Positions 48,701 to 61,695 of a DNA stretch of 64,000 nucleotides are shown here, piece by piece (position 1 is the stretch's first letter; each line of letters opens with the position of its first letter). The DNA is taken from the NCBI RefSeq assembly GCF_030028105.1, contig NC_092379.1, forward strand, positions 44,564,150 to 44,628,149, in the 5' to 3' direction. The position numbers and the translations under genes were made by a program. This DNA is from Mobula birostris (lineage: Eukaryota). Under the pieces are notes generated by a model. It saw only the letters and a list, made by a program, of their open reading frames with translations, was not told the origin of the DNA and did no database searches.

Positions 48701-51700
48701 GGGTCATAGAAAACATTGTATTGGGAAATGAGCCTGGCCATTGATAGAAGTTTCATTTTGGGAACAGTAAATAAGGATAAGACTGGACCCGGTGGTAATG
48801 TGGTCATTTGGGGTACAGTTAATTGCAACTGTCTACATTGAACATGTAAATGATGCTTAAAAGCAATCGGGTCAGAATTCAGACAGAACTGTTTCTACGG
48901 GGAGGAAACACAAGGATGGTAAAGTCTGGCAGAGGGGCATAGTGAGAGATGGTATGAATTCAGACTGAAATAAAATGAAGGATAAGGAATATTTCAGAAG
49001 TAGAAATTGGAGAAGACCTCTGGCAACATGAAGCAAGCAAGGGAGAAGTTAGAGAGAGAATCAGAAGTGTGAAATGGGAAGAAGAAATAACTTTGGTGAG
49101 AAGGGGCACTGCGGAGAGGGTACGACAACACAAGCACAGAGGAGAGAGTTTATGTCTGAAGTGTGCGAGGGACTAAACCAGTACTTCTCATCAGTAATCT
49201 TCAATGTGGTCATGGAGGATAGTGAGATAAGAGAATGGAATGCTGATATTCCAGAGCATGTTGTTCCTCAGGCAATGGAGACAAACAGGAAATTATAGAT
49301 TGGTGAGATTTGGATCAATGCTCCGGAAATTATTTGACAATATTATTAGAGGTAGGATTTCTAATAAAAGTTAGGAGGGTAAAAGGAGGATATCATGATT
49401 CAGAAGGCAAAGTGAGCAAAATCCAAGAGATTCTCTTGGTATATTCATAGGACAAGGTAAGTTAGACACAGAATTGTTCCCCTTGGAGGTGAACATGGCC
49501 ATCTGTGTGTGGAGGCAAATGAAATAGGAGAGGCTTTCCATGAATATTTCTGACAGTTATTTCACCATTGCAAAAATTCTTTAAGGTTGTTAAATCTCCT
49601 GGGCCTTAACAGGTACATTCTCGTACTTTGTGGGAAGCTGGAGAATACACTGTGGAGGCCAGGGGAGAGATTATTTTGCTTCATCTCAGGCACCAGTTGA
49701 GGTTGCACACGATTGGACAGGGTGACTAATGTGGAATTGATAGTTTTGAGGGCAAGACTGTGCATGATACGAAGAGGTAGGCAGTGTTGAGGAAGCAGGG
49801 AGTCTGCAGTAGCACTTGGACAGATTTAGAGAATGGACAAGGAAGTGCCAGATGAAATACCGTGTAAGGAAGTGTGTGGTCATGTACTCTGGTAGGAGGA
49901 ATAACAGCCTAGGCTCTTTCTAATCAGGGAGAGAACAGAAATCAGTTGTGCAAAGGGTCTCAGTGCACGATTCCTTAAAGGTTAATGTATACATTGAGTT
50001 GGTAGTGAGGAAGGCAAATGTAATATTTGTATGCATTTCAAGAGAACTAGAAAATAAAAACAAGGATCTAATGCTGAGGCTTTGGTCAGACCTTATTTGG
50101 AGTATCATGAGCAGGGGTGGGTAACTTTTCTAAGAAAGGATGTGCTGGCATTGCAGAGGCTGTAGTGGAAATTCACGAGAATGATCCCAGGACTGAAAGA
50201 GTTAGGATATAATAATCATTTGATGATCTGGGCCTGTACTCATTGGATTCTAGAAGAATGAGGGAGAATCTTATAGAAACACATTGAATATTGAACGGCC
50301 TAGATAGCATTGATGTGAGAGGATGTTTCTAATAATGGAGGAATCTAGAACCAAACCACACCCTGAATAAAAGGTGCCCCTCTAGAAGAGAGATGAGTAA
50401 TTTCTTTAGTCAGAAGGTGATGAATCAATGGATTTCATTTCCACAGGCAACCATAAAGGCAGTCAGTAGGTTTATTTAAAGCTGAGATTAGTAGATTTTT
50501 AATTATTATTAAGGGTATCAAAGTTTATGGGTAGAAGGCAGGAGAATGGGGTTGAGAGGGATATATGATGGAATGGCAGAACAGACTGAATGGGCCAAAA
50601 GGCCTAATCCTGCTCCTATGACTTCAGGACTGATGGTTAATGCGGTGCCATTGTTTAAAAAGGGTAGTGGAAACTACAGGTCCATCAGTCTGTAATATGT
50701 TGGAAGAGTTTCTGATCCACCAAAATTTGGTTTGATTCAAGACAGTCAGCACAGTTTTGTGCAAGGGAAATTATGTCTGGTAATTTCTTGCAGCCCTTTG
50801 AGGGGTTTCACAAGGGCGTAGATGAGGTTAGAGCTGTGGATGTTGTCTATATGGACATTAGCCAGGCCTTTGACTATAGTCTGGAAGGTTAGATCTAGAA
50901 AATGGAATCTGGGGAGATAGTTGATCGATTCCATAATTGCCTCCGTGACAGGAGGCAGAGGCTGATGGTTGAGGGTTGTGTCTCAGACTGGAGCTGTCTG
51001 TCTAGTGCTGTGCCACTGGGTGGCGGGACCTTTGTTGTTCGTAATTTATATAAATAATGTCCATGTGAATGTATAGTTCACTGAAAGTGACATCTCAGCT
51101 AGATATGGTGGGGAAGATGGTGTTTGATTTGCTGGCCTTCATCATTCATGTCACTGAGTACAAGAGTTGAGAAGAAGTGTTGCAGATACACAAATCTTTG
51201 GTGAGGACTGATTAAAGGAAACCATGCTGACTTTGGCCTATTTTTTCATGTGTTGCAAAGTACCCGAGAATACATCCTTGACAATTGACTCCATCATCTT
51301 CCCAACCACTGAGATCGGACGAGCTGGCCTATGATTTGCTTTCTTCTGCTTCCCCCTCTTCTTTAAGAGTGGATGACCTTTGCAATCTTCCTGTTCTCTG
51401 GAACCACACCAGAATCCAGAAACTATGGAAAGATTATTACTAAAGCTGCCACAATCTCTTCAGCCACATCTTTCACAGCACTGGTGTAGACAATCTGGTC
51501 CAGGTGAATTATCTACCTTCAGACCTTTCAGTTTCCCAAGGACCATCTCTCTAGTAAAGGCAAAATTACTCATTTCTGCGCCCCGATTCTCTTGAATTTC
51601 CAGCAGACTGTTAGTGACCTCCCCAGTGAAGACTGATGCACAATACTTATTCAGTTTGTCTGCCATTTTCCTGTACCCCATTACTACCTCTCCAGTAACA

Positions 51701-52526
51701 ACTTCCAATGAACCAATATCTACCATTGCCTCTCTTTTACACTTTGTATATCTTAAGAAACTTTTGGTATCCTCTTTAATACCAGTGGCTAGCTTACCTT
51801 CGTATTCCAAATTTTCCCTCCCTTTATGACTTTTTTCATTGCCTTTTGTTGGTTTTAAAAGTTGTAAATCCTCTGAGAGTCAGGGATATCTCAGAGCAGA
51901 TACAGAACAGGGGAATGGTGATCATTCAGCCGGAGATGGTGATTCATGTCAGTACCAATGGACAGGTAGAAAAGGGATGATGTCCCACAGTGAATACAGA
52001 GAGTAAGGGAAGAAGTTATGGAGCAGAACCTGAAAGGTTGTGATCTCCGGGTTACTCCCAGTGACTTGTGGTGGTAGGGATACAAACCGAAAGTGAGAGC
52101 AGATGAATGTGTGGCTAAAGAGCTGATACAGGGGCAGGGTTTCAGGATTACGGAACATTGGAACCTCTTTTGGTGCTGGGGTAACATTTACAAGATGGAT
52201 GGTTTATAATTTCACTGGAGGGGGGTCAGTATCATGAGGTTCATTGCTGCTCCCTATGAGGGTTGAAACAAGATTGACAGGGGGATGTGAAACAGAACAC
52301 CAGTCACTGAATGGAGAGATTGAAGCTGAGTTAGATGCCATACACAGCAATACATAACGATGGATTTTGAGGCAAATCCACATCTGACCTGGAGTTTGTT
52401 TAAAGACCAGTGCAGTGTTTCAGGGCCAGTTTGTTCCAGTAAGAGGGAGGGTCAAGGATGGCAAGGTTCAGGAACCTTGGATGATGAGACAGGAAGTTAA
52501 TTTAATCAAGGAGGAGGGAGAAGCAG
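45720..52526. mobile_element. Stack of old CR1 fragments in both orientations
   Basis: Repeated degenerate CR1 motifs (DKCEVLH, WIELR, LNQYFSSV, LNKYCASVFT, DNSPGPDCLH). Confidence 0.8.
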
Positions 52527-52540
52527 AACACATCAAAGTT

Positions 52541-54380
52541 GCTTTTATAGATATGTGAAAAGGAAAAGACTGGTAAAGACAAATGTAGGTCCCCTGCAGA
52601 CAGAAACAGGTGAATTGATTATGGGGAGCAAGGACATGGCAGACCAATTGAATAATTACTTTGGTTCTGTCTTCACTAAGGAGGACATAAATAATCTTCC
52701 AGAAATAGTAGGGGACAGAGGGTCCAGTGAGATGGAGGAACTGAGCGAAATACATGTTAGTAGGGAAGTGGTGTTAGGTAAATTGAAGGGATTGAAGGCA
52801 GATAAATCCCCAAGGCCAGATGGTCTGCATCCCAGGGTGCTTAAGGAAGTAGCCCAAGAAATAGTGGATGCATTAGTGATAATTTTTCAAAACTCGTTAG
52901 ATTCTGGACTAGTTCCTGAGGATTGGAGGGTGGCTAATGTAACTCCACTTTTTAAAAAAAGGAGGGAGAGAGAAACCGGGGAATTATAGACCAGTTAGCC
53001 TAACGTCGGTGGTGGGGAAACTGCTGGAGTCAGTTATCAAGGATGTGATAACAGCACATTTGGAAAGCGGTGAAATGATCAGACAAAGTCAGCATGGATT
53101 TGTGAAAGGAAAATCATGCCTGACGAATCTCATAGAATTTTTTGAGGATGTAACTAGTAGAGTGGATAGGGGAGAACCAGTGGATGTGGTATATTTGGAT
53201 TTTCAGAAGGCTTTTGACAAGGTCCCACACAGGAGATTAGTGTGCAAACTTAAAGCACACGGTATTGTGGGTAAGGTATTGGTGTGGGTGGAGAGTTGGT
53301 TAGCAGACAGGAAGCAAAGAGTGGGAATAAACGGGACCTTTTCAGAATGGCAGGCAGTGACTAGTGGGGTACCGCAAGGCTCAGTGCTGGGACCTCAGTT
53401 GTTTACAATATATATTAATGACTTGGATGAGGGAATTAAATGCAGCATCTCCAAGTTTGCAGATGACACGAAGCTGGGTGGCAGTGTTAGCTGTGAGGAG
53501 GATGCTAAGAGGATGCAGGGTGACTTGGATAGGTTGGGTGAGTGGGCAAATTCATGGCAGATGCAATTTAATGTGGATAAATGTGAAGTTATCCACTTTG
53601 GTGGCAAAAATAGGAAAACAGATTATTATCTGAATGGTGGCCGATTAGGAAAAGGGGAGGTGCAACGAGACCTGGGTGTCATTATACACCAGTCATTGAA
53701 AGTGGGCATGCAGGTACAGCAGGCGGTGAAAAAGGCGAATGGTATGCTGGCATTTATAGCGAGAGGATTCAAGTACAGGAGCAGGGAGGTACTACTGCAG
53801 TTGTACAAGGCCTTGGTGAGACCACACCTGGAGTATTGTGTGCAGTTTTGGTCCCCTAATCTGAGGAAAGACATCCTTGCCATAGAGGGAGTACAAAGAA
53901 GGTTCACCAGATTGATTCCTGGGATGGCAGGACTTTCATATGAAGAAAGACTGGATGAACTGGGCTTGTACTCGTTGGAATTTAGAAGATTGAGGGGGGA
54001 TCTGATTGAAACATATAAAATCCTAAAGGGATTGGACAGGCTAGATGCAGGAAGATTGTTCCCGATGTTGGGGAAGTCCAGAACGAGGGGCCACAGTTTG
54101 AGGATAGAGGGGAAGCCTTTTAGGACCGAGATTAGGAAAAACTTCTTCACACAGAGAGTGGTGAATCTGTGGAATTCTCTGCCACAGGAAACAGTTGAGG
54201 CCAGTTCATTGGCTATATTTAAGAGGGAGTTAGATATGGCCCTTGTGGCTACGGGGATCAGGGGGTATGGAGGGAAGGCTGGGGCGGGGTTCTGAGTTGG
54301 ATGATCAGCCATGATCATAATAAATGGCGATGCAGGCTCGAAGGGCCGAATGGCCTACTCCTGCACCTATTTTCTATGTA
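52541..54380 (+). mobile_element. Young 5'-truncated CR1 LINE; RT region open except a +1 A in an A7 run (52954-52960)
   Basis: ORFs 52555-52989 and 53009-54295 with DKSPRPDGLHPRVLKE, YLDFQKAFDKVPH, GVPQGSVLGP and KFADDTK; 3' hairpin GGGCCGAATGGCCT and TTTCTATG tail. Confidence 0.97.
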
Positions 54381-54419
54381 TGAACACAGCAAGCCAGGCA
54401 GCATCTCTAGGAAGAGGTA

Positions 54420-54457
54420 CAGTCGACGTTTCAGGCCGAGACCCTTCGTCAGGACTG
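54420..54457 (-). ncRNA. Minimal type I hammerhead ribozyme motif, intact core (Penelope terminal repeat)
   Basis: Minus strand CAGTC-CTGACGA-AGG GTCTCGG CCT-GAAA-CGTC^GACTG: 5-bp stem I, 3-bp stem II, palindromic ACGT stem III, GUC cleavage triplet. Confidence 0.8.
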
Positions 54458-55644
54458 GTCAAGAAGCGTAAGTAAGGCTTAGGAATCTGTAATCAAAGGG
54501 TGTTTGAGAACTATATTTAAAAAACAGAGGAACTCAAGAATGTTTGGAGAGCTGGAAACAGTGATGAAAAATCTCCGGCGAGTAGGATTGAAGATAATTC
54601 CATTGCATTCTGTAAATTCGTTGTGGTGAAAAGGATACCTAGGGCTGCTGTTTGGGAGATCCGACATCAAGGGTGTGTACACAGTTAATGGCGGGAACAT
54701 TAACAGTATTGACAAAGAGAAGGATGTCGAGGTTCAGAGACATCAGTTCCCTAAAACTGGGAGCACAGATTGACAGGGAGGTAAAGTCGGTGTATGGCAT
54801 GTTTACCTTCATCAGGCAAGGCATTGAGTTCAAGCCCCAGGACATGATGTTACAGGTTTATAAAATGCTGGTTAGGCCACATTGAGAGTATAGTGTTCAA
54901 TTCTGATCACCTCAATATAGGAAGCATGTGGAGGGTTTGGAGGAGGATGTCTGGAGGAGGTGTGCGCTGAGGAGAGGCTCGACATGCTGAAACTTTTTTC
55001 TTCTGGAGTAGCGTCGGCTCAGGAGAGGTTTGATAGAAACCTGTGGAATTTTGTGGGTCATAGTTGGTGTAGACAGCCAGTAATATTTTTCACAGAAGGC
55101 ATGTATTTAAGCTCAGAGGAAGAAAGTGAAGAAAACAGATTGATGGAGACATGGAATGCACTGTCAGGGGTGGTGGCAGAGGCAGAGAGCACAGGAGTAT
55201 TGAAGGAAATCTTAGACAGACACAGGAATATGTAGAGAAGGGCCAAAGGGCCACTCCTGTACTGTCCTTTGTTCTCTGAACAGCAGATGGCTCCTGGGCA
55301 TGGATCCCTGCATGAGACTGGGATATTGTACCCCCAACAGAAAAATGATTCTCAGAGGGGCGGGACCGGCAACTCCGTTTCACAGTACAAATGCTACAGG
55401 TACGATGGAGTGGAGGGGAAAGAAGGGAGAGATGTTGTTTGACCAGGGAGAACATCTCAGTGGTACTTAGAGAAGACATCCCTGGGGATTGCCGCATCAT
55501 GTAGATTGGGACCGCCGCACTGCGGGGGGGGGGGGGTTGGTGGAGCAGAATTTATTCTGTGTGTCCAGTTTTATCAATCAGTGTTTAGAAGTTCCTACTA
55601 GAGACAGGACAGCACTGAACCTCCTTGTCGATCCACCCACCCCC

Positions 55645-55711
55645 TCCCTTTTCTTCCTGGCACAAACAAAAGTCTGTTCTCAGAGCGACCCACCGCCTTA
55701 CAGACGGAGCC
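55645..55711 (+). pseudogene. Orphan decayed histone H4 3' UTR, stem-loop and downstream element
   Basis: cttttcttcctggcacaaacaaaagtctgttctcagagcgacccaccgccttacagacggagc aligns to the H4 3' region at 42268-42329; no H4 coding sequence upstream. Confidence 0.75.
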
Positions 55712-56268
55712 ATGTCTCGGGAGATCTAACCAAACTGACCCTTTCTTTGCAAATGTTCATTTATATTTCAGAGACCCAGGCGGACGAGATTTTCAGTAAA
55801 TACTGTCAGTTCCATACGGTAAATGTACTTTTGTCGATAAATTTAAAGCTGCAAATCAATATTGTTCTGTGAGGCGGTGGGAATTGCTCATGAAGCGATC
55901 AGCAGGCGGTGTTCCTGCCTGCTGCACACCGGAACGGTCCAGGGTCAACCCAAACAACGCGGTTTCAGGTCATGAAGAGCGGAATCGTTCAATGATCGGA
56001 GATTAAATTCACCCTCCGGGGGCTGACTCTGAAAGTTCATTTCCCCACCCCGCAAGGGGAGAGAGCTCCATTCAGCCAGCAGTGAGGGGAAATGAGTCAG
56101 GGTGAAGCGGACGTGTACTGTGCAGAATAATACCGATTTAATTCGCGGAAGAAGAAAAAACGTTACCACGGATGGCTCCGGTCGGGGCCGCGGCTGTAAC
56201 AGATACACAGCCCAGTTACTCTGAACGGAAATCACCCGCTGTTCAGCCCTTCCACAGACACCGTGAGT

Positions 56269-56284
56269 GGCTCTGAAAAGAGCC
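56269..56284 (-). terminator. Histone 3' stem-loop (H2A)
   Basis: Minus strand AAA GGCTCT TTTC AGAGCC AC. Confidence 0.95.
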
Positions 56285-56314
56285 TTTGGGTAAATAGGTT
56301 CAGCTTACGTCGCT

Positions 56315-56873
<559 letters not shown>

Positions 56874-57583
56874 CAAGAGCCCGTAAAGGTAGAAGCGCGG
56901 AAAGTAACCTTCTCCTCCCCAAAGTACACTGAAAAATGGAAGAAGCCCGCCAAAAAAAACTATTGTTCACATTTAATCTGAAATTAAATCTTTGCTGATC
57001 TGTTTGACGACTGGGTCTTCGCATTTCCCCGTTACTGAAATCGGACACATTTAATGCAAGTGTAGTTGATATTGGAGTGTCTGGGAACTCAATTCTCTAA
57101 TACTGTATCTTTGAATTCGTAAAGGAACCGAGTAAAACTGACACTCAGCTTCTGCCCGGTACCGGTCATTGTGTAAACGTTATCAGGTTATGGACAAACG
57201 GCGCTTCTCAAACTGTGACCAGCGTCTCGTCTAGTCTGCAATTTTAAAAAAAAGTTGTTCTATGAAAGAACCGTGTAGTCGTTCCGGCCTCGCATTGAAA
57301 TGAGATTCAGAATAATTACCTAACTGTAACTAATAAACTCCTGAACGCACAGCTAAAACAGCAACGGCAGCAATCCTCCGCTCGACATGTATACCGGCAG
57401 GGACGGACTGATGGGGATGGGGAGGTAACAATTCCGTTTTAGGAATGTTAAACACCGGGATTATACGGGGAAAATGAACTGGACATTCCAACCGCACTTT
57501 AACTCTTGTAAGGTCACCACACATAAAATATGCGCCATATATTGCCTAAATGCTGGTACAACTCTCTCAGTGAAATCGTGAGT

Positions 57584-57599
57584 GGCTCTTAAAAGAACC
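57584..57599 (-). terminator. Histone 3' stem-loop (H2B)
   Basis: Minus strand GGTTCT TTTA AGAGCC AC (one G-U pair), followed by GAGAGAGTTG. Confidence 0.9.
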
Positions 57600-57630
57600 G
57601 TTGTGTTTTCGATCATCTCACTGGGGAGCT

Positions 57631-58005
57631 TTACTTGGAGCTGGTGTACTTGGTCACTGCCTTTGTCCCTTCGGACACGGCGTGCTTGGCCAGCTCCCCG
57701 GGCAGCAGCAGGCGCACGGCGGTCTGAATCTCCCGTGAGGTGATGGTTGACCGCTTGTTGTAATGGGCCAGGCGGGAAGCCTCGCCCCCGATGCGTTCGA
57801 AGATATCGTTCACGAATGAATTCATGATGCTCATGGCCTTGGAGGAGATGCCAGTATCGGGGTGAACCTGCTTCATCACTTTGTAGATGTAGATGGAGTA
57901 ACTCTCCTTCCTCAGCCTCTTGCGCTTCTTCCCTGCCTTGCCCGCTGGTTTGGGCAGAGCTTTCTTGGCGCCCTTCTTCGGAGCGGGTTTCGCTGTCTCA
58001 GGCAT
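57631..58005 (-). CDS. H2B: Histone H2B
   Basis: 124-aa intact ORF: [27 protein letters not shown]...[10 protein letters not shown]. Unusual RLRKES and ERIGGEA. Confidence 0.97.
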   Translation of the reverse strand: MPETAKPAPKKGAKKALPKPAGKAGKKRKRLRKESYSIYIYKVMKQVHPDTGISSKAMSIMNSFVNDIFERIGGEASRLAHYNKRSTITSREIQTAVRLLLPGELAKHAVSEGTKAVTKYTSSK

Positions 58006-58057
58006 TTCAGCTGACCGCTTCAGAAGCAGAAATAAATAAAATTGACTCCGAGCACGA

Positions 58058-58190
58058 ATTAAATAGGCAGCGCCCAGAGGTGTATGCTAATGAGGGATGG
58101 GATGCTTAGGATTCTCAATGGCTATTTGAAGAAACGATTCACGCAGTAAAATCGTTTGATTGGATAACTGAAGAAATTCTTTTAACCAAT
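58058..58190 (-). promoter_or_regulatory. H2B promoter
   Basis: CTATTTAA near 58062, octamer variant ATTAGCAT (58084-58091), CCAAT boxes near 58159 and 58186. Confidence 0.75.
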
Positions 58191-58674
58191 CAGAACTCCC
58201 TCTCCACTACCCAGTGTTCGTTCTGGGTAACACCGCGGACGGGGATCTGTCGCTGATCTGTTGAGTTGCCGCTGCCGGGTAATTCGGCAGGAAGGAAATC
58301 TAAAGTACAAAATGGACCAACTACAGCGGCAGTATTCGGCCATTTGGCCCATCTTATCTGCTAGAAAAGCAGATGGAATGAGAAAAACACACAGTTGATA
58401 ACATCAGACGTTTCTGTAATGAAACAGGCCAGCGGGAGACCGAAGGTCAAATGGACCAGGTGAAAGATAAATTTACTGCAGCAGCATCATAAACACATAG
58501 TATCCACGATACAGCACTCACAAGAACTAAACTTGCTGTACAGAACTGTAAAAGGAGAAGAGAATTTGAATCTCAAGACAGTCCATTGCAGTGTAAATTG
58601 ATCAAAGTGTTGCTGTCTTGAGGTGGAGAGGAGTGTTGTTCAGGTTTGTTAAAGTACGTAATGTCTGTACTTGT

Positions 58675-59920
58675 ACTGTGTGGGAGTGTGGGGTTCGTTC
58701 TGTACCTGTCAGTCTCCGGTAGAGTGTGAGAGTATGGGGTTCATTCTGTGCCTGTCAGTCTCCGGTACAGTGTGGGAGTGTGGGGTTCATCCTGTACCTG
58801 TCAGTCTCTGATACAGTGTGAGAGTGTGGGGTTCATCCTGTACCTGTCAGTCTCTGGTACAGTGTGAGAGTGTGGGTTTCATTCTGTACCTGTCAGTCTC
58901 TGATACAGTGTGGGAGTGTGGGGTTCATCCTGTACCTGTCAGTCTCTGGTACAGTGTGAGAGTGTGGGTTTCATTCTGTACCTGTCAGTCTCCAGTACTG
59001 TGTGGGAGTCTGGGGTTCATCCTGTACCTGTCAGTCTCCGGTACAGTGTGAGAGTCTGGGGTTCATCCTGTACCTGTCAGTCTCCGGTACAGTGTGAGAG
59101 TGTGGGGTTCATCCTGTACCTGTCAGTCTCTGGTACAGTGTGGGAGTGTGGGGTTCATCCTGTACCTGTCAGTCTCTGATACTGTGTGGGGTTCATCCTG
59201 TACCTGTCAGTCTCCAGTACAGTGTGGGAGTGTGGGGTTCATCCTGTACCTGTCAGTCTCTGGTACAGTGTGGGAGTGTGGGTTTCATTCTGTACCTGTC
59301 AGTCTCCAGTACAGTGTGGGAGTGTGGGGTTCATCCTGTACCTGTCAAGTCTCTGATACAGTGTGGGAGTGTGGGGTTCATCCTGTACCTGTCAGTCTCC
59401 AGTACAGTGTGGGAGTGTGAGGTTCATCCTGTACCTGTCAGTCTCTGGTACAGTGTGGGAGTGTGGGGTTCATCCTGTACCTGTCAGTCTCTGGTACAGT
59501 GTGAGAGTGTGGGGTTCATCCTGTACCTGTCAGTCTCTGATACAGTGTGAGAGTGTGGGGTTCATCCTGTACCCGTCAGTCTCTGGTACAGTGTGGGAGT
59601 CTGGGGTTCATCCAGTACCTGTCAGTCTCTGGTACTGTGTGGGAGTCTGGGGTTCATCCAGTACCTGTCAGTCTCTGGTACAGTGTGAGAGTGTGGGGTT
59701 CATCCTGCACCTGTCAGTCTCTGATACAGTGTGAGAGTCTGGGGTTCATCCTGTACCCGTCAGTCTCTGGTATGGTGTGACAGTGTGGGGTTCATCCTGT
59801 ACCTGTCAGTCTCCGGTATAGTGTGAGAGTGTGGGGTTCATCCTGTACCTGTCAGTCTCCGGTACAGTGTGAGTGTGGGGTTCATCCTGTACCCGTCAGT
59901 CTCCAGTACAGTGTGGGAGT
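58675..59920. repeat. 46-bp tandem repeat, about 27 copies
   Basis: Unit GTGTG(A/G)GAGTGTGGGGTTCATCCTGTACCTGTCAGTCTCTGGTACA; period measured between 58801 and 58847. Confidence 0.97.
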
Positions 59921-60040
59921 TGATACTTGGCACTGTGTCTCCCCCAGTCTCTCATGCAGTGTAAGTGTATATAAGTTCTTTCAGATTCATCCTCACAATT
60001 GAATTCTTTTTAGCTTTTTAAACAATATCATACAATGCGA

Positions 60041-60488
60041 TGTGGCCACACATTTGTCGGAGGAACAACACCTTATGGGTAGCTTCCAACCTGATGGCAT
60101 GAACATCGAACTCTCACATTTCTGGGAATGCCTCCCGCTGCCCCCCCCCTCACCATGTCCCATCATCTTGCCCACCCACCATCTCCCTCTGGTGCTCCTC
60201 CCCCCTTTTCTTTCTTCCATGGCCTCCTGTCTCTTTCACTAATCAACTTCCCAGCTCTTTACTTCATCCGTCCCCTTACAGGTTTCACTCACCTTAGTTT
60301 TCTCACCCCTACCCCACCTTTTAAATCTACTCCTCACATTTTCTCCTTAAGTCCTGCAGAAGGGTTTTGGCCCAAAACATTGGCTGTACTTTTTTTTTCT
60401 CTGGATGCTGCCTGACCCGCTGAGTTTGTTCAGTATTTGTGTGTGTGGCTTGGATTTCCAGCATCTGTAGATCTTCTCTTGTTTGTGA
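60041..60488 (+). mobile_element. Penelope-like element 3' end (GIY-YIG C-terminus plus terminal repeat with decayed hammerhead)
   Basis: EEQHL..GSFQPDGMNIE, pyrimidine-rich tract, GTCCTGCAGAAGGGTTTTGGCCCAAAACATTGGCTG near 60351, then the family tail. Confidence 0.8.
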
Positions 60489-60974
60489 CACAATGCGGTA
60501 CGTCGGTATATCAGGGATGATGTATTTGGTTACATTGTACTAATCTGAATGGACTTTGGAGCAGAGCAACAAGCCCAGAGCATTCAACCCAGCTCTGGTC
60601 TTGTGATAAATATGTCACTGTCCTCGAGTCTCTGGGTGGGAGGGTTTGAATGGTGTGAATCGTGGAGCAACATTCGGGCTGATGGAATTGAGAGTGATTT
60701 TGACTGTAGATATGTAAACAGTGTGTCCACAGTGATCAGTGATGGGACCTCTGTCTGATCGGATCAAAATACACATGGGCTGATCAGATCACTGATGACA
60801 CGAATGTTGGTGTAGTTGTGGATGGTGAGGAAAGTTTTCAAATGACAGAATTCCAACTGATCTATATCCACTTCTGTCTGATACACTGAGGGATCTTGAC
60901 GTGTTTGTCCATATCATCCTGCAAGTGTCATTGAAAGGAAATAAACTGCTAAAAAGATCACAGAGGGGGAGCAG

Positions 60975-61695
60975 TCAAGTCAAGTTGCTTTTTATTGTCA
61001 TTTCGACCATAAACTGCTGGTACAGTACACAGTAAAAACAAAACAGTATTCCTCCAGGACCATGGTGCTACATGAAACAAGACAAAACTACACTAGACTA
61101 AGTGAGAGAAGATAAGGCTACACTAGACTATGTAAAACAACACAAAAACTACACTTGACTACAGACCTGCACAGAACTACATAAAGAGCACAAAACAGTG
61201 CAGGGCAGTACAATAAGTAATAAACAAGACAATAGGCACAGTAGAGAACAAATTACAATATAATAATAAATGATGTAGATGTCAATCTAGACTCGGTGTA
61301 TTAAGGAGCCTGATGGCTTGGGGGAAGAAACCGTTGCCCAGTGACAGCCCAAATGCGTTGGTACCTTTTGCCAGATGGCAGGAGGGAGAAGAGTTTGTAT
61401 GAAGGTGCGTGGGGTCCTTCACAATGCTGTTGGAGTTACGGGTGCAGCATGTGGTGTAAATGTCTGTAATAATGGGAAGAGAGACCCCGATGATATTCTC
61501 AGCTGATCTCACTATCCGTTGCAGGGTCTTGCGATCTGAGACGGTACAATTCCCGAACCAGGCAGTGATGCAGCTGCTCAGGATGCTCTCGATACATCCT
61601 CTGTGGAATGTGGTGAGGATGGGGGGTGGCAAATGGGCTTTTCTCAGCCGTTGCAGAAAGTAGAGACACTGCTGGGCTTTCTTGGCTATAGAGTG
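60975..61695 (-). mobile_element. Rex1/Babar-type LINE 3' fragment
   Basis: [41 protein letters not shown]...FFPQAIRLLN; (TTGAC)n tail. Confidence 0.9.

Noticed and set aside
53626-54318. 230-aa antisense ORF
   Set aside because: Shadow of the CR1 RT frame.
58675-59920. CRISPR-like array or Cys-rich ORFs
   Set aside because: Head-to-tail repeats without unique spacers in eukaryotic DNA; the ORFs shift frame with the 46-bp period.
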